Positions 1 to 10,299 of a DNA stretch of 64,000 nucleotides are shown here, one piece after another. The notes beneath the pieces are model-generated. The model saw only the letters and a program-made list of their open reading frames with translations, did no database searches and was not told the origin of the DNA. Source of the stretch: Candidatus Hermodarchaeota archaeon (lineage in GTDB: Archaea; Asgardarchaeota; Lokiarchaeia; Sigyniarchaeales; SOKP01); the NCBI GenBank assembly GCA_048885525.1, contig JBHLLP010000002.1, positions 32,001-96,000 of the forward strand. The letters run 5' to 3'. The translations under genes were made by a program, and so were the position numbers. Positions within the stretch are counted from its first letter, which is position 1. Each line of letters begins with the position of its first letter.

Positions 1-3
1 ATA

Positions 4-273
4 ATGATGCCTTTTAACATCGGATTATGGCTAGCAACAGATGCATGGACATTAGATTTACTTCCTGAAGAATCACGAGGAAGATTTTTGGGAATAATAA
101 ATATAGGAAATGCAATTGCAAAAGCACCAGGTGTTCTTATTGCAGGTTATTTAGCAGATAACTTTGGAATTTTATGGGTATTTCTTGTAACGGGTATAAT
201 ATTATGGATTGGTATTCCATTTTTCTTACGAGTACCAGAAACAATAAAACCAAGAAATGATAATAGTGAGTAA
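4..273 (+). CDS. MFS transporter, C-terminal part (runs off window start)
   Basis: Hydrophobic helices with MFS-like 'DLLPEESRGRFLG' and 'GYLADNFG' motifs. Confidence 0.8.
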   Translation: MMPFNIGLWLATDAWTLDLLPEESRGRFLGIINIGNAIAKAPGVLIAGYLADNFGILWVFLVTGIILWIGIPFFLRVPETIKPRNDNSE

Positions 274-1762
274 CGGTAAGTATAAAATTGTTTACATTGG
301 AGCAGGATCATATCGCTTTTCTATTCCATGCACAATGAATATACTAGACTTCGCTAAAGATTTTAATCCTATTGAGTTATGGCTAGTGGATATTGATGTT
401 TATTCACTATCCATGATAAGAGAAGTAGTTTGGCGCATGGTTCAACTACATAAAAAAGAGATAGAAATTCATTCCACAGTTGATAGAAGAATAGCACTTC
501 CTAGTGCAGATTATGTGTTAATTTCAATCTCTGTAGGGATACAAAAATCCGAGTGGATTGATATTCATATTCCATTGAAGTTTGGAATGCCTCAAAATAC
601 AGGAGATACCGTAGGTCCAGGAGGGATATTTCGTGGTCTTAGAACGATACCTTTAATTGTTGAAATTTTAAAAGATATTAAACAATTATGCCCTAAAGCA
701 ATAGTTTTAAATTATACAAACCCACAAAGTACTACAATGCTCAGTACTTATCAAACAGCGCCTAATGTTCAATCAGTAGGTCTCTGTCATGAACTATTTT
801 ATTTAGAGTCGAAAAAATTTAGTAAAGTTTTGAAGTATTGTAAAATAAATACCTCAACCAAAAAGAAATTTCAAATTCTATATGGAGGTCTTAACCATTT
901 TTCTTGGATAACTAAGTTTGAATACGGCGGAGAAGATCTATATCCAATATTACGAGAAGAGGCAGAATATATGTATAAATCAGGAAAGTTTGGCAGACCA
1001 TTTAATTTTTATCTTCTAAAACAGACGGGTTATCTAACATATGTAGAGGATAGACATGTGGCTGAATTTTTACCTAAATATTATAATTATTTTAATCATT
1101 GGGATAAGCCTTTTAACATCACTGATTTAAGAAGTGTAAGTAGAGTTAATTTAGAAAGAAAATTTATGTACTCTTTGATTAAAGCTCTAAAAAGAAAAAG
1201 ATTTAGTTGGATTATTAAATTATTTTTACGCCCAACTGAAGGTATAGAAAAAGCTTTATTAATGGCTAAAGATAAAGAGAGGAACATTTCAAGACATCAT
1301 GTATGTAATGTATTGAATAATGGAACTATCCCATCCTTACCAAATAACTGTGTAATCGAAATTCCTTGTTATTTCAAAAACGAAAAGATTCATAAAGTAG
1401 TCATAGGGAATCTTCCTAATCCTATTGAAGAATGGGTTATTCTTCATGCAAAAAATCAACAATTGGTTGTAGATGCAGCACTTTCAGGGAATCTTGATGA
1501 TTTGATTAAAGTCTTACTAGCTGATCCTATGTGTAGCTTTATAGAAGATGAAGAAAAAATAGATGCTTTAATGTTTAATATGTTATATTATCAGAAGGAA
1601 TGGTTACCTAATTTCTCGGAGTCCATTCCAGAGTATAGTGATTTAAAAAAAATGAAATATTATATTGAAAAAAAGGAATTATCCACAAGAAAACTTTCAA
1701 GAGAGGAAAAATATCATCCAAATAATTATATTAAAGAGAATTCATGGCCTTTTTGCGCTTAA
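257..1762 (+). CDS. Family 4 glycoside hydrolase (NAD+/Mn-dependent, alpha-galactosidase/glucosidase-like)
   Basis: YIGAGS Rossmann motif, GDTVGPGG, NYTNP, GLCH, GLNH motifs of GH4. Confidence 0.9.
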   Translation: MIIVSNGKYKIVYIGAGSYRFSIPCTMNILDFAKDFNPIELWLVDIDVYSLSMIREVVWRMVQLHKKEIEIHSTVDRRIALPSADYVLISISVGIQKSEWIDIHIPLKFGMPQNTGDTVGPGGIFRGLRTIPLIVEILKDIKQLCPKAIVLNYTNPQSTTMLSTYQTAPNVQSVGLCHELFYLESKKFSKVLKYCKINTSTKKKFQILYGGLNHFSWITKFEYGGEDLYPILREEAEYMYKSGKFGRPFNFYLLKQTGYLTYVEDRHVAEFLPKYYNYFNHWDKPFNITDLRSVSRVNLERKFMYSLIKALKRKRFSWIIKLFLRPTEGIEKALLMAKDKERNISRHHVCNVLNNGTIPSLPNNCVIEIPCYFKNEKIHKVVIGNLPNPIEEWVILHAKNQQLVVDAALSGNLDDLIKVLLADPMCSFIEDEEKIDALMFNMLYYQKEWLPNFSESIPEYSDLKKMKYYIEKKELSTRKLSREEKYHPNNYIKENSWPFCA

Positions 1763-1930
1763 ACATTATGGAATTTCTATAATTAACAACAAATCTAATC
1801 GAAATTTTAAAAGTATTAAATAATGCTCATAATTAACATGCATAAAATAAAATAAATGATTTGTAGATTTGATAATACTGTGTAAATTTACTATTAATCA
1901 ATTATTAATTATTTTTGAGAGGTAGTTTAG

Positions 1931-2848
1931 TTGGAATTAAAATTCTGTTGTGCTTGGCTTTATGCTATTTCAAAATACAATAAATACGCTGAAAATTTTA
2001 AAGTTAAAGACGTTTTAATTGCTTTAAAACAAATTAAAGAATTAGGTTTTAATACAACTGAATTGGAAGTAATGCGGAAAAAAAATCTTAAAGAAATGTA
2101 TAAAAACAAAAAATTAATCTTAGAGAACTTGGAAAATTTAAATTTGAAAGCTAATAATTTTTGTGCAGTATTTCCAGAATTAATGACGACAGAATGGAAA
2201 AATCATATTGATTTATTCGAAAGATCTACTGAATTAGCAGTATACTTTGGATGTGATACAATTCAAGTGGACTCTCATTTACCTCCTTTAAAATATAATT
2301 CAGAACATCCCTATGATGAAACGATAAAGTTTGATGTAAATATTAAAGTTAAAGTAGAAGAGGGTCTTGATTCTTTTAATTGGAACAATCATTGGAATAA
2401 TCTCGTGGATTCTATAAAAAAATGTGATTCAATTGCATATGATAATGGTTTAAAACTATGTTTAGAACCTAGAGTTCACGAATCAATACCTAATACCGAA
2501 GCAATATTAAGATTGTTTGATTGGGTTAATTCTGATAATTTTGGAGCAGTTTTAGATTGTGGACATTTACATGCTCAAAAAGAAAGCATTCCACTTTCCG
2601 TTGAAAAATTAGGAAAGAAAATATTTTTTGTACACGCCTCTGATAACGATGGACGTGATAACAAGCATCTAGGCATTGGTCGAGGGAACATTGATTGGGA
2701 AGGAACACTTAAAACGCTGAAGAAACATAAATATAAAGGTTTTATTGCTATAGATATTGGAAAACTACCTCCTGAATACGATTTAGACCAAGAAATTCAT
2801 AATTCTATTAGATATCTTAAAAATCTTGCTAATAAAATTTTAGATTAA
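1931..2848 (+). CDS. Sugar phosphate isomerase/epimerase (xylose-isomerase-like TIM barrel)
   Basis: LCLEP, DCGH, VHASDNDG..HLGIGRG.IDW metal-binding pattern; TTG start. Confidence 0.85.
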   Translation: MELKFCCAWLYAISKYNKYAENFKVKDVLIALKQIKELGFNTTELEVMRKKNLKEMYKNKKLILENLENLNLKANNFCAVFPELMTTEWKNHIDLFERSTELAVYFGCDTIQVDSHLPPLKYNSEHPYDETIKFDVNIKVKVEEGLDSFNWNNHWNNLVDSIKKCDSIAYDNGLKLCLEPRVHESIPNTEAILRLFDWVNSDNFGAVLDCGHLHAQKESIPLSVEKLGKKIFFVHASDNDGRDNKHLGIGRGNIDWEGTLKTLKKHKYKGFIAIDIGKLPPEYDLDQEIHNSIRYLKNLANKILD

Positions 2849-2897
2849 AATAAATATAGTTAATTATGTATTCAGAGACTATAAGAGTATTAGATTA

Positions 2898-4259
2898 ATG
2901 AAACAATTAACAGGTATAGTAATAGGTGCGGGAAACCGTGGGGCAGATGCTTATGCTTCCTATGCCTTAGCTTATCCCAAAGAATTAAAAATTGTGAGTG
3001 TTGCAGAACCAAATCCAATTAGACGTGAAAATTTAGCATTTAGTCACAAAATCCCAAAAAACTATGAATATGATGATTGGAAAGAGATTCTAGAACAACC
3101 GAAATTGGCTGATGTTGCAATTATCACTACACAGGATAAAATGCATTATGAACCCGCAATGAATGCTATGAAACAAGGTTATCATGTGCTTTTAGAAAAA
3201 CCAATGGCTACGACAGAAAAGGAATGTCGCAATTTAGCACAAACTTCTGAAGATACCGGTGTTATTTTACAAATATGCCATGTTCTTAGGTATACTAAAT
3301 TATTTAGTTATTTAAAAGAAATTATTGATTCTGGAAAATTGGGAGCTATTATTAATATTAACTACTCTATTAACCTTGGTCATTGGATTTATGCCCATAG
3401 CTTTGTCCGAGGGAGCTGGAGAAACCAAGAAGAAACATCTCCTATGATATTAGCTAAAGCTTGCCATGATTTTGATATTCTTTATTGGTTTGCAGGTGCA
3501 GATCCGATTAAAATTTCTTCTTTTGCCAGATCAAGTTATTTAACAAGCGAAAATCGTCCTAAAGGTGCTACTAAAAGATGTGCTGATGGATGTCCCCATT
3601 TAAATACATGTCAATATAATGCTATCAATACATATCTTAACACTGTTCAATTCCATAATGATCTTTTACAAACTGAAAAAAAAGGGATGAGATGGTTTAT
3701 CAAACTGTGGAAAAATCATCCTAAAATTACTAAATTATTAATACCTCAATTCAGAAAAAATACACCATATCGTGGTTGGCCCATTAATACGATTTCAGAA
3801 GATCTATCAGATGAAGGTATATTAAAAGTACTAAAAGAGGGTCCTTACGGAAGATGTGTATTTAACTGTGATAATGATCAACCTTCAGCTCAAATAACTA
3901 ATATTGAGTTTTCAAATCAAATCATTGCGACATTAACAATGCATGGACACTCTCATAGAGAAGGTCGATTTGTTCGAATTGATGGAACAAAAGCAAGTTT
4001 AATTGGAGAATTTACTCTAATGGGAATGCCCGTCACCCTATATGATCATCTAACAGGGAAAAAATTTCACTATAAAATAAAACTTACAAAAAATCCACAT
4101 GAATATGAGGATTATCCTCTAATAAGAAGATTTCTAGCAGCAGTTCGAGGTGAAGAAAAACCCTTGACTACTGCTCGAGAATCTCTTCAAAGTCATCTAA
4201 TGTCTTTTGCTGCTGATCAATCTCTCAAAGAAGAGAAGATTATTCATATCAAGAATTAA
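2898..4259 (+). CDS. Gfo/Idh/MocA family oxidoreductase
   Basis: IGAGNRG, LLEKPMA, KACHDFD motifs. Confidence 0.9.
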   Translation: MKQLTGIVIGAGNRGADAYASYALAYPKELKIVSVAEPNPIRRENLAFSHKIPKNYEYDDWKEILEQPKLADVAIITTQDKMHYEPAMNAMKQGYHVLLEKPMATTEKECRNLAQTSEDTGVILQICHVLRYTKLFSYLKEIIDSGKLGAIININYSINLGHWIYAHSFVRGSWRNQEETSPMILAKACHDFDILYWFAGADPIKISSFARSSYLTSENRPKGATKRCADGCPHLNTCQYNAINTYLNTVQFHNDLLQTEKKGMRWFIKLWKNHPKITKLLIPQFRKNTPYRGWPINTISEDLSDEGILKVLKEGPYGRCVFNCDNDQPSAQITNIEFSNQIIATLTMHGHSHREGRFVRIDGTKASLIGEFTLMGMPVTLYDHLTGKKFHYKIKLTKNPHEYEDYPLIRRFLAAVRGEEKPLTTARESLQSHLMSFAADQSLKEEKIIHIKN

Positions 4260-4272
4260 ATTGGTGAATATT

Positions 4273-5343
4273 ATGACTCCATTCAAAATATCGTCCAAAT
4301 TAAAAAAAAAATTAGGAAAAATTGATCGAAAAAACGATAACTTGAATTATTCTTTACAACCTTTTGTTACAAAATGGTTAAAGGAGCATCCCCCTAAAAT
4401 GACTTATACATTAAAGCCACAAGAAATGAGCTTTGAATCATGGAAACAACAAGTTAGAGAATTAATCATTAATAAGATACCCACTATAGAACCACTACCT
4501 CTTGAAAAACAACAATTAAAAATATATGGTGAAACAACGTCAAATGGAATTAAAATTACTCAATTTTCTTTAATGGCAATTCCGGGATTAAGAGTACCAG
4601 CAATAATGTGTATTCCTGAAAATCTTGATCATAAGAAACCTGTTTGTATTTGCATACATGGACATGATCAAAGTATTTACAATTCTGTTGGAATTAAAAA
4701 ATCCAAGAATAAAGAATATTTTGGATATGAACTCGCTAATTTAGGATTAATAACACTTTCTTTTGATTGGATTGGAAGTGGGGTTCGGGAATCTTTTAAG
4801 AATAAATTTCTTTTTTTCCTAAAAGATGAGGGGCAAAGAACCAATTGGCTGAGATTTATAGGATTGGATATGATGGGACTCCGTATAACTGAAGTAAAAG
4901 CATTATTAAATTATTTAGAAAATCAAGATCAAGTAGACCCTACACGTTTAGGAATAATCGGCCATTCAGGAGGGGGAACACTTTCTTTATTTGCCACACT
5001 TTTTGATGATAGAATTAAAGTATGTGCGACTTCAGGATACTTTAGTACATGGGATCACTCAATTCTAGCGATGTATCATTGTGGTTGTAATTATATCGCA
5101 GATCTGAGAAAATATCTTGAATTATATGATGTGTATGCTTCTTTAGCACCACGCCCTTTAGCGATTACAATAGGAGAAAAAGATAAGATATTTCCCTACA
5201 AAGGAACTAAAATCTCTATCCCGATAATCGAAGAAGCTTATAAGGAAACAAATCATCCCGAAAATTTGCTAATTCATGTACAAAAAGAAGGTCATAGATT
5301 TAGTGGAGAAAAGATATATCCATTCATGTTAAAACATCTATAA
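4273..5343 (+). CDS. Alpha/beta hydrolase (dienelactone hydrolase / carbohydrate esterase-like)
   Basis: HGH, GHSGGG nucleophile elbow, D and GH triad candidates; start moved to ATG 4273, 5 nt after GGTGA. Confidence 0.8.
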   Translation: MTPFKISSKLKKKLGKIDRKNDNLNYSLQPFVTKWLKEHPPKMTYTLKPQEMSFESWKQQVRELIINKIPTIEPLPLEKQQLKIYGETTSNGIKITQFSLMAIPGLRVPAIMCIPENLDHKKPVCICIHGHDQSIYNSVGIKKSKNKEYFGYELANLGLITLSFDWIGSGVRESFKNKFLFFLKDEGQRTNWLRFIGLDMMGLRITEVKALLNYLENQDQVDPTRLGIIGHSGGGTLSLFATLFDDRIKVCATSGYFSTWDHSILAMYHCGCNYIADLRKYLELYDVYASLAPRPLAITIGEKDKIFPYKGTKISIPIIEEAYKETNHPENLLIHVQKEGHRFSGEKIYPFMLKHL

Positions 5344-5482
5344 ATATATTGAAAAACTGAAAATTAAAGTTATTTCTCAGAATTGAAATAGCCTTTATTT
5401 ATTAGCAAAATTTAAATAATTCCTTTACAAAATTATATTCTATTATAATTAAACAAATTTATTATTTTTAAGGTGATGTTAT

Positions 5483-6217
5483 ATCTCTAAATTTAAAGAA
5501 TCGTTAGGGAACATTCGGGAAAAATATAAAAGTATAAAAGAAATTAATAGAAATATAATTTCCACAATTTTCATAGCTATCATAACTTTATTCATTGGAT
5601 TATTAATAACTTATATTGTTTTTCATTTAATACCTGGAGATCCAATTTTAGCTCAATTACCACTACACTTTACTGAAGAACAGTATATCTATATGGCCAA
5701 TCGATTAGGATTTGAATATAATCCATTTTTAGATACCTATATCCTACAATTTTCTCGCTTTCTTGGTGATCTGCTCAATGGTGCTTGGGGTTGGTCAAGT
5801 TCTTTAAACCGAGGCATGCCTGTTTATGAAATGCTTTCTGAATACACTATATTTCTACATTTGATAATAATAGCTATAATCCCACTAATCATTGGTATAG
5901 TTTATATGATAAAGTCAACGCATCGAAAATTAATAGTTTTCAATACACTAGTAATTGTAATAACTCTGGGTTGTACCTTTGGAGTATATATGGCATTTAG
6001 TGAACTATTTAATATCAGAGGATTTGGATCACTTTTAATAGATGCCTACATCTACTATGATCATTACGTTATAGTTGGATGTTCATTCATAATAGTGATA
6101 ATGTTTGTTCTCATACCTTTAATATCAAATGTTATCCTTAGCGTCTATAAATTGCGATTAAGTAAATCTCTTGAGAGAGATATCGAATCAAATTTGAAAA
6201 ATGCTACAAATGCATAA
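5483..6217 (+). CDS. DppB/OppB-like ABC permease derivative, probable ATC start
   Basis: Frame is open from ATC 5483 (in-frame TGA at 5474) and encodes a TM helix plus 'LIPGDP' before the track's ATG 5693; GDLLNGAWG.S and FNIRGFG.LL.DA are DppB-like. Confidence 0.7.
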   Translation: MSKFKESLGNIREKYKSIKEINRNIISTIFIAIITLFIGLLITYIVFHLIPGDPILAQLPLHFTEEQYIYMANRLGFEYNPFLDTYILQFSRFLGDLLNGAWGWSSSLNRGMPVYEMLSEYTIFLHLIIIAIIPLIIGIVYMIKSTHRKLIVFNTLVIVITLGCTFGVYMAFSELFNIRGFGSLLIDAYIYYDHYVIVGCSFIIVIMFVLIPLISNVILSVYKLRLSKSLERDIESNLKNATNA

Positions 6218-6223
6218 TAAAAA

Positions 6224-7942
6224 TTATGCTTTTTTAGCAAAAGGTTCAAGATCTAAGGCTTCAAAAATATCATCTACTGATTCAATTGTTCCTAAAAAGT
6301 GCCATTCCCCTTCATCGACATTCTGACCAGATCCATATCTCGAAGCCATATTATAAAGTCTATTAAAATTTTCATAATGCAGAGCAACTCTATTTTCTGC
6401 ATAATCTCGAGCAGACCAAGTTGTTATCAAAAATTGCCAATCGCTACTTTCTAAGAGGAGGAGTTCTCGCGCCATCTGCTTCAAGATTTTAATTAGATTA
6501 GGATCACTAGAGTCTTTAAATTTTGCTATAATATCTTCACTCTTAGCTTCGCATTCATATATTCTCTCCCATGTCCACGTCGTCCACTCATTAAGCCACA
6601 CCCAGTGAGATGAAGCTTGACCCCAAGAACCCTCAATTACACTTACCACCTTGCTTGGTGGATTTGCTTCAAGATACAACTTTGAATTTGTCAGATTTAT
6701 TTCGGGATCATCTTCCATCCAACGAAGAATACGTGATATCCACCAATTTCCCTCGAACCACCAGTGACCAAATAGTTCAGCATCATAAGGTGCTACAATT
6801 ATACCTTCATTTCCATTTCTATTTTTATAATCTCTCAAAATATCCTTAACTAGATTTAAATAATGTCCGGCATTTTCATCCAATTTTCCTGGGACATCTT
6901 CGGGCCAATATAACATCTTCTTTCCCAAATCTAGCTTTGGGCTAGTAACTTTCCAATATTTCATCCCTCCAGGCCAGTGCTTCTTATGAAAATCGAGATA
7001 TTCAGCGCAGCCAGGATATCCATGTTCTCCGCTCCATACCACAATCCCTGTTTTTTCATCTCTTGTAAAAAAACCAACTGGTCCAGGAGTGCTGGGATCA
7101 GTAGAAACTAAGTAAGGTTCATATTGAGACTTTTCAAAAGAGGTTGGAATTTCTTCATATTGAGATTCAAATTGTTTCCAGAGTTCTGCAAGCAAAGGAA
7201 ATCGAGCAGCATAGACACCCTGTGATTTACCACCTAAGAGTAATGTGGTATCAATGAAGAAATACTTTAAACCATTTTTAGCAAGAAAATATTCTACACC
7301 AGGGCGATTATATTCTTCCCCAGTTATGGGGTTTTTCCAACGATATCCGGGACGATAAGCGCACTCAGGTAACCATGCACCTGTAGGCGCTCTCCCAAAA
7401 TGACGTTTATAATTATCTACTGCTGTCTTAAATTGGGCATCAATTGATGTTTCTTTAGAAAGCAATGGTGCATATCCATGAGTTGCCCCACAAGTAATAA
7501 TATCAACATGTCCCATATCTTGTAAGTTCTTAAAAGCCCCCACGATATCCTTATTGTATCTGTGTATAAAATTATCTCTAACTCGGTCATAGAACTCCTG
7601 CCACCACTTTGTTAATTTGATTCTCCCTTCTTCATATTTGTTTTCTGTAAAATCTTCAAAATCGAATAAAGCGGCATTATGTTTTTCTTCCAAATAGCCT
7701 AAAAACCCTTCAGTAAATTTGGGATTTCGAAGCATTTCACATAAGACAGGAGTAAGACCAACAGTAAGTTTTGGATGATATCCTTCATCTACGAGTTTGT
7801 ATAATTCTATCAAGAGGGGAATATATGTTTCTGCCGCTGCTTCATTAACCCAATCCATACCATGGGGCCATACACCATGGCCTAATACCCATGGGAGGTG
7901 GCTATGTAAGACCAGACAGAAGGAGCCTAAAATTTCAGTCAT
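6224..7942 (-). CDS. GH57 1,4-alpha-glucan branching enzyme
   Basis: HSHLP, ETYIP, WLPECAY, DAELFGHWW, SSDWQF motifs. Confidence 0.93.
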   Translation of the reverse strand: MTEILGSFCLVLHSHLPWVLGHGVWPHGMDWVNEAAAETYIPLLIELYKLVDEGYHPKLTVGLTPVLCEMLRNPKFTEGFLGYLEEKHNAALFDFEDFTENKYEEGRIKLTKWWQEFYDRVRDNFIHRYNKDIVGAFKNLQDMGHVDIITCGATHGYAPLLSKETSIDAQFKTAVDNYKRHFGRAPTGAWLPECAYRPGYRWKNPITGEEYNRPGVEYFLAKNGLKYFFIDTTLLLGGKSQGVYAARFPLLAELWKQFESQYEEIPTSFEKSQYEPYLVSTDPSTPGPVGFFTRDEKTGIVVWSGEHGYPGCAEYLDFHKKHWPGGMKYWKVTSPKLDLGKKMLYWPEDVPGKLDENAGHYLNLVKDILRDYKNRNGNEGIIVAPYDAELFGHWWFEGNWWISRILRWMEDDPEINLTNSKLYLEANPPSKVVSVIEGSWGQASSHWVWLNEWTTWTWERIYECEAKSEDIIAKFKDSSDPNLIKILKQMARELLLLESSDWQFLITTWSARDYAENRVALHYENFNRLYNMASRYGSGQNVDEGEWHFLGTIESVDDIFEALDLEPFAKKA

Positions 7943-8134
7943 TTTTTAATACTCTTTATAAATAATATTCTATAATTTTAAATTAGTTATAAGTACATAA
8001 TTTTTCATTTCTTAAATACCAAAAAGATGGTAAAAATATTCTAAAAACGTTAAAGTTATATATTCTTATTTAGCTTTTAAACATATATAATTTCCAATTG
8101 AAATTTCATTGAGATACTAAAAAAGTAGTAATTA

Positions 8135-9523
8135 ATGAGTCATATTCCAATAAAAAACCTTAACGAGTTAAAAAAGAACGGAAGAATTATAGGTAAAGCG
8201 AATTACGTATTTACACCAGAGATTTCAAGCTCGATAGGATCTATTCACGGTAGTTTATTCAAACAAAATGAATCTATTGTAATGGGGAGAGATTTCCATA
8301 ATGATAGCCGTATGTTAAAAAGAGCATACACCTCAGGTATGATGTCTACTGGAATTAATCTTTTAAATCTCTCAGATTGCACTTTTCCATTATTACAATT
8401 TACGATCAGACGCTTTGGGGCGAGTGGAGGAGTTTATTTCTCTGGAGGTCATTTATATAGCGAAGATGTAGGAATTAGGTTCTTAGATGCGGGAGGTATT
8501 GAGTTACCTCAATCAGAAATTCAGAGAATAATTGAGTCTTACAACAATTATCCGCAACAAGTAAGGAGAGTAGATCCAAACGAAATAGGACAAATAACAG
8601 CAATACCACAAACTGCAGATGTTTACATCAAATCTCTTCAACAGTTTGTCGATAAAAAAAAGATAAAGAAAGCGAATTTAAAGATTGTTGTGGATTGTTC
8701 CTATGGGCCTACAGGAAAAATAACACCACTTTTAATTAATGAGATTGGAGTCGAAGTTATAGCTTTAAACACTCATTATCGTGAGAGATCTTCAAGTCCA
8801 GTACCAAGTATTAATACTGTACGAAATACAGCAGATATTGTAAAAGCATCAAATAGTCATCTGGGAGTATGTTTTGATGTGGATGGTTCAAGAATATTGG
8901 TGATAGATGAGAATGGGCTTGAAATAAATTTCGAAGACTTATTAATGCTTTTTATTACATTTGATAAAAGAATACAAAGATCGAAAGCTAATACTATTAT
9001 TACCACCCCTTCTATATCTCCAGTTGTGAGAAATTTTATTGAAGATGGTGATTTTCCGATAAAGCTAGTAGAGAACTATCCAGGAGAGATTTCAAGGCAA
9101 ATAAGAGAGGAGCGTGCATGTTTTGCTGCTGCGGATACATTAAAGTTTTATTTCACAGAGTACGCTCCATTTAGTGATGGTAACTTTATTCTACTCAAAA
9201 TTCTCGAGATTATGACTACAGAAAATGATCTTCTTAGTTCACTTACGAGAGGATTTCCTAAAGGAACAAAAATTAATAAAACTATTCCAGTATCAGCAGA
9301 ACTGATTGATAATATACATAATCGATTAAGGGAAATGGCAGATGAACAAGGATATAAATATCATGATATAATAAATGAGTTAAAGATAATCAATGACGAT
9401 ACTTATACAACTATTAAAGTAGCATTATATAGAAATGCATTACTTCTATCTGCTGAGTCAGAAGATAAAGAGAAAGCACAAGAAATGATTGTTGAATTAG
9501 AAGAAATTATATCCAAACTTTAG
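8135..9523 (+). CDS. Phosphohexomutase (PMM/PGM)-fold protein with degenerate active site
   Basis: MGRD..SRMLK, KIVVDCSYG, FDVDGSR; SHNP phosphoserine motif replaced by GGHLY. Confidence 0.8.
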   Translation: MSHIPIKNLNELKKNGRIIGKANYVFTPEISSSIGSIHGSLFKQNESIVMGRDFHNDSRMLKRAYTSGMMSTGINLLNLSDCTFPLLQFTIRRFGASGGVYFSGGHLYSEDVGIRFLDAGGIELPQSEIQRIIESYNNYPQQVRRVDPNEIGQITAIPQTADVYIKSLQQFVDKKKIKKANLKIVVDCSYGPTGKITPLLINEIGVEVIALNTHYRERSSSPVPSINTVRNTADIVKASNSHLGVCFDVDGSRILVIDENGLEINFEDLLMLFITFDKRIQRSKANTIITTPSISPVVRNFIEDGDFPIKLVENYPGEISRQIREERACFAAADTLKFYFTEYAPFSDGNFILLKILEIMTTENDLLSSLTRGFPKGTKINKTIPVSAELIDNIHNRLREMADEQGYKYHDIINELKIINDDTYTTIKVALYRNALLLSAESEDKEKAQEMIVELEEIISKL

Positions 9524-9626
9524 AATTATATTTTCTGTCTAATAAGGAATTAAAATTTAAAATAAATAGAACCAATTATATAATAATATAAAAATAACTT
9601 AAGATTCAAAAAAAGATGATCTAATC

Positions 9627-10283
9627 ATGGCATTTGACATTAGTTCAATAATAATTCTGATAACTTTAAGTATTATATTTGTAATTTTTTTAGTTTTTGA
9701 TTTATTTGGTAGGAACGAGAAATATGGATATTTAGCTTATATTGTTGCGGTAGTACCGGTTAATTATTTTTGGGCTATAGGAGGAGACCCTCTATTCGCT
9801 TATATCCTTCTTTTCCTTTTATGGATTGCTACAATACTACGAGATACAATAGGTGTATACCTCAAAAAAGATAAAGAAATAAATGAAATACTTATGTATC
9901 TTGCTCTTGGAATACTTATCCAATTGATTATTACTGCAATTATACCAGAAACAATTCCAGTATTACAAAACACTACAGTAAAATATTGGTTTTTCTGGTT
10001 ACCTAATGTACATTCAGCAATTTTTAGTGCTTCAATGGCATTAGGATTTAAAATTAGTGCTACGATTTTAATATTTCTAGTTATTATTCCATTAATCCTC
10101 GATATTAAAGATGAAGAAATACCTTTACCTATAGTTATAGTATTCGTTGCCATATTTGTTATCCCTTTTCTATATTTAAGTTATGTATGGATTCCAGAAG
10201 CAATGGGTGTGCTAACATTTCTATTTTCAGTCATTTTATTTGTAATTCTATTGCTTATAACAAGAGGTAAAGAATCAAAATAA
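9627..10283 (+). CDS. Hypothetical multi-pass membrane protein
   Basis: About 7 hydrophobic segments; no motif recognised. Confidence 0.7.
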   Translation: MAFDISSIIILITLSIIFVIFLVFDLFGRNEKYGYLAYIVAVVPVNYFWAIGGDPLFAYILLFLLWIATILRDTIGVYLKKDKEINEILMYLALGILIQLIITAIIPETIPVLQNTTVKYWFFWLPNVHSAIFSASMALGFKISATILIFLVIIPLILDIKDEEIPLPIVIVFVAIFVIPFLYLSYVWIPEAMGVLTFLFSVILFVILLLITRGKESK

Positions 10284-10299
10284 AATATCTTAATTCTTT

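Noticed and set aside
5476-5490. ATG at 5476 as start of the DppB-like gene
   Set aside because: Different frame, stops after 4 codons and overlaps the SD; it would need a frameshift, whereas ATC 5483 fits the spacing seen elsewhere.
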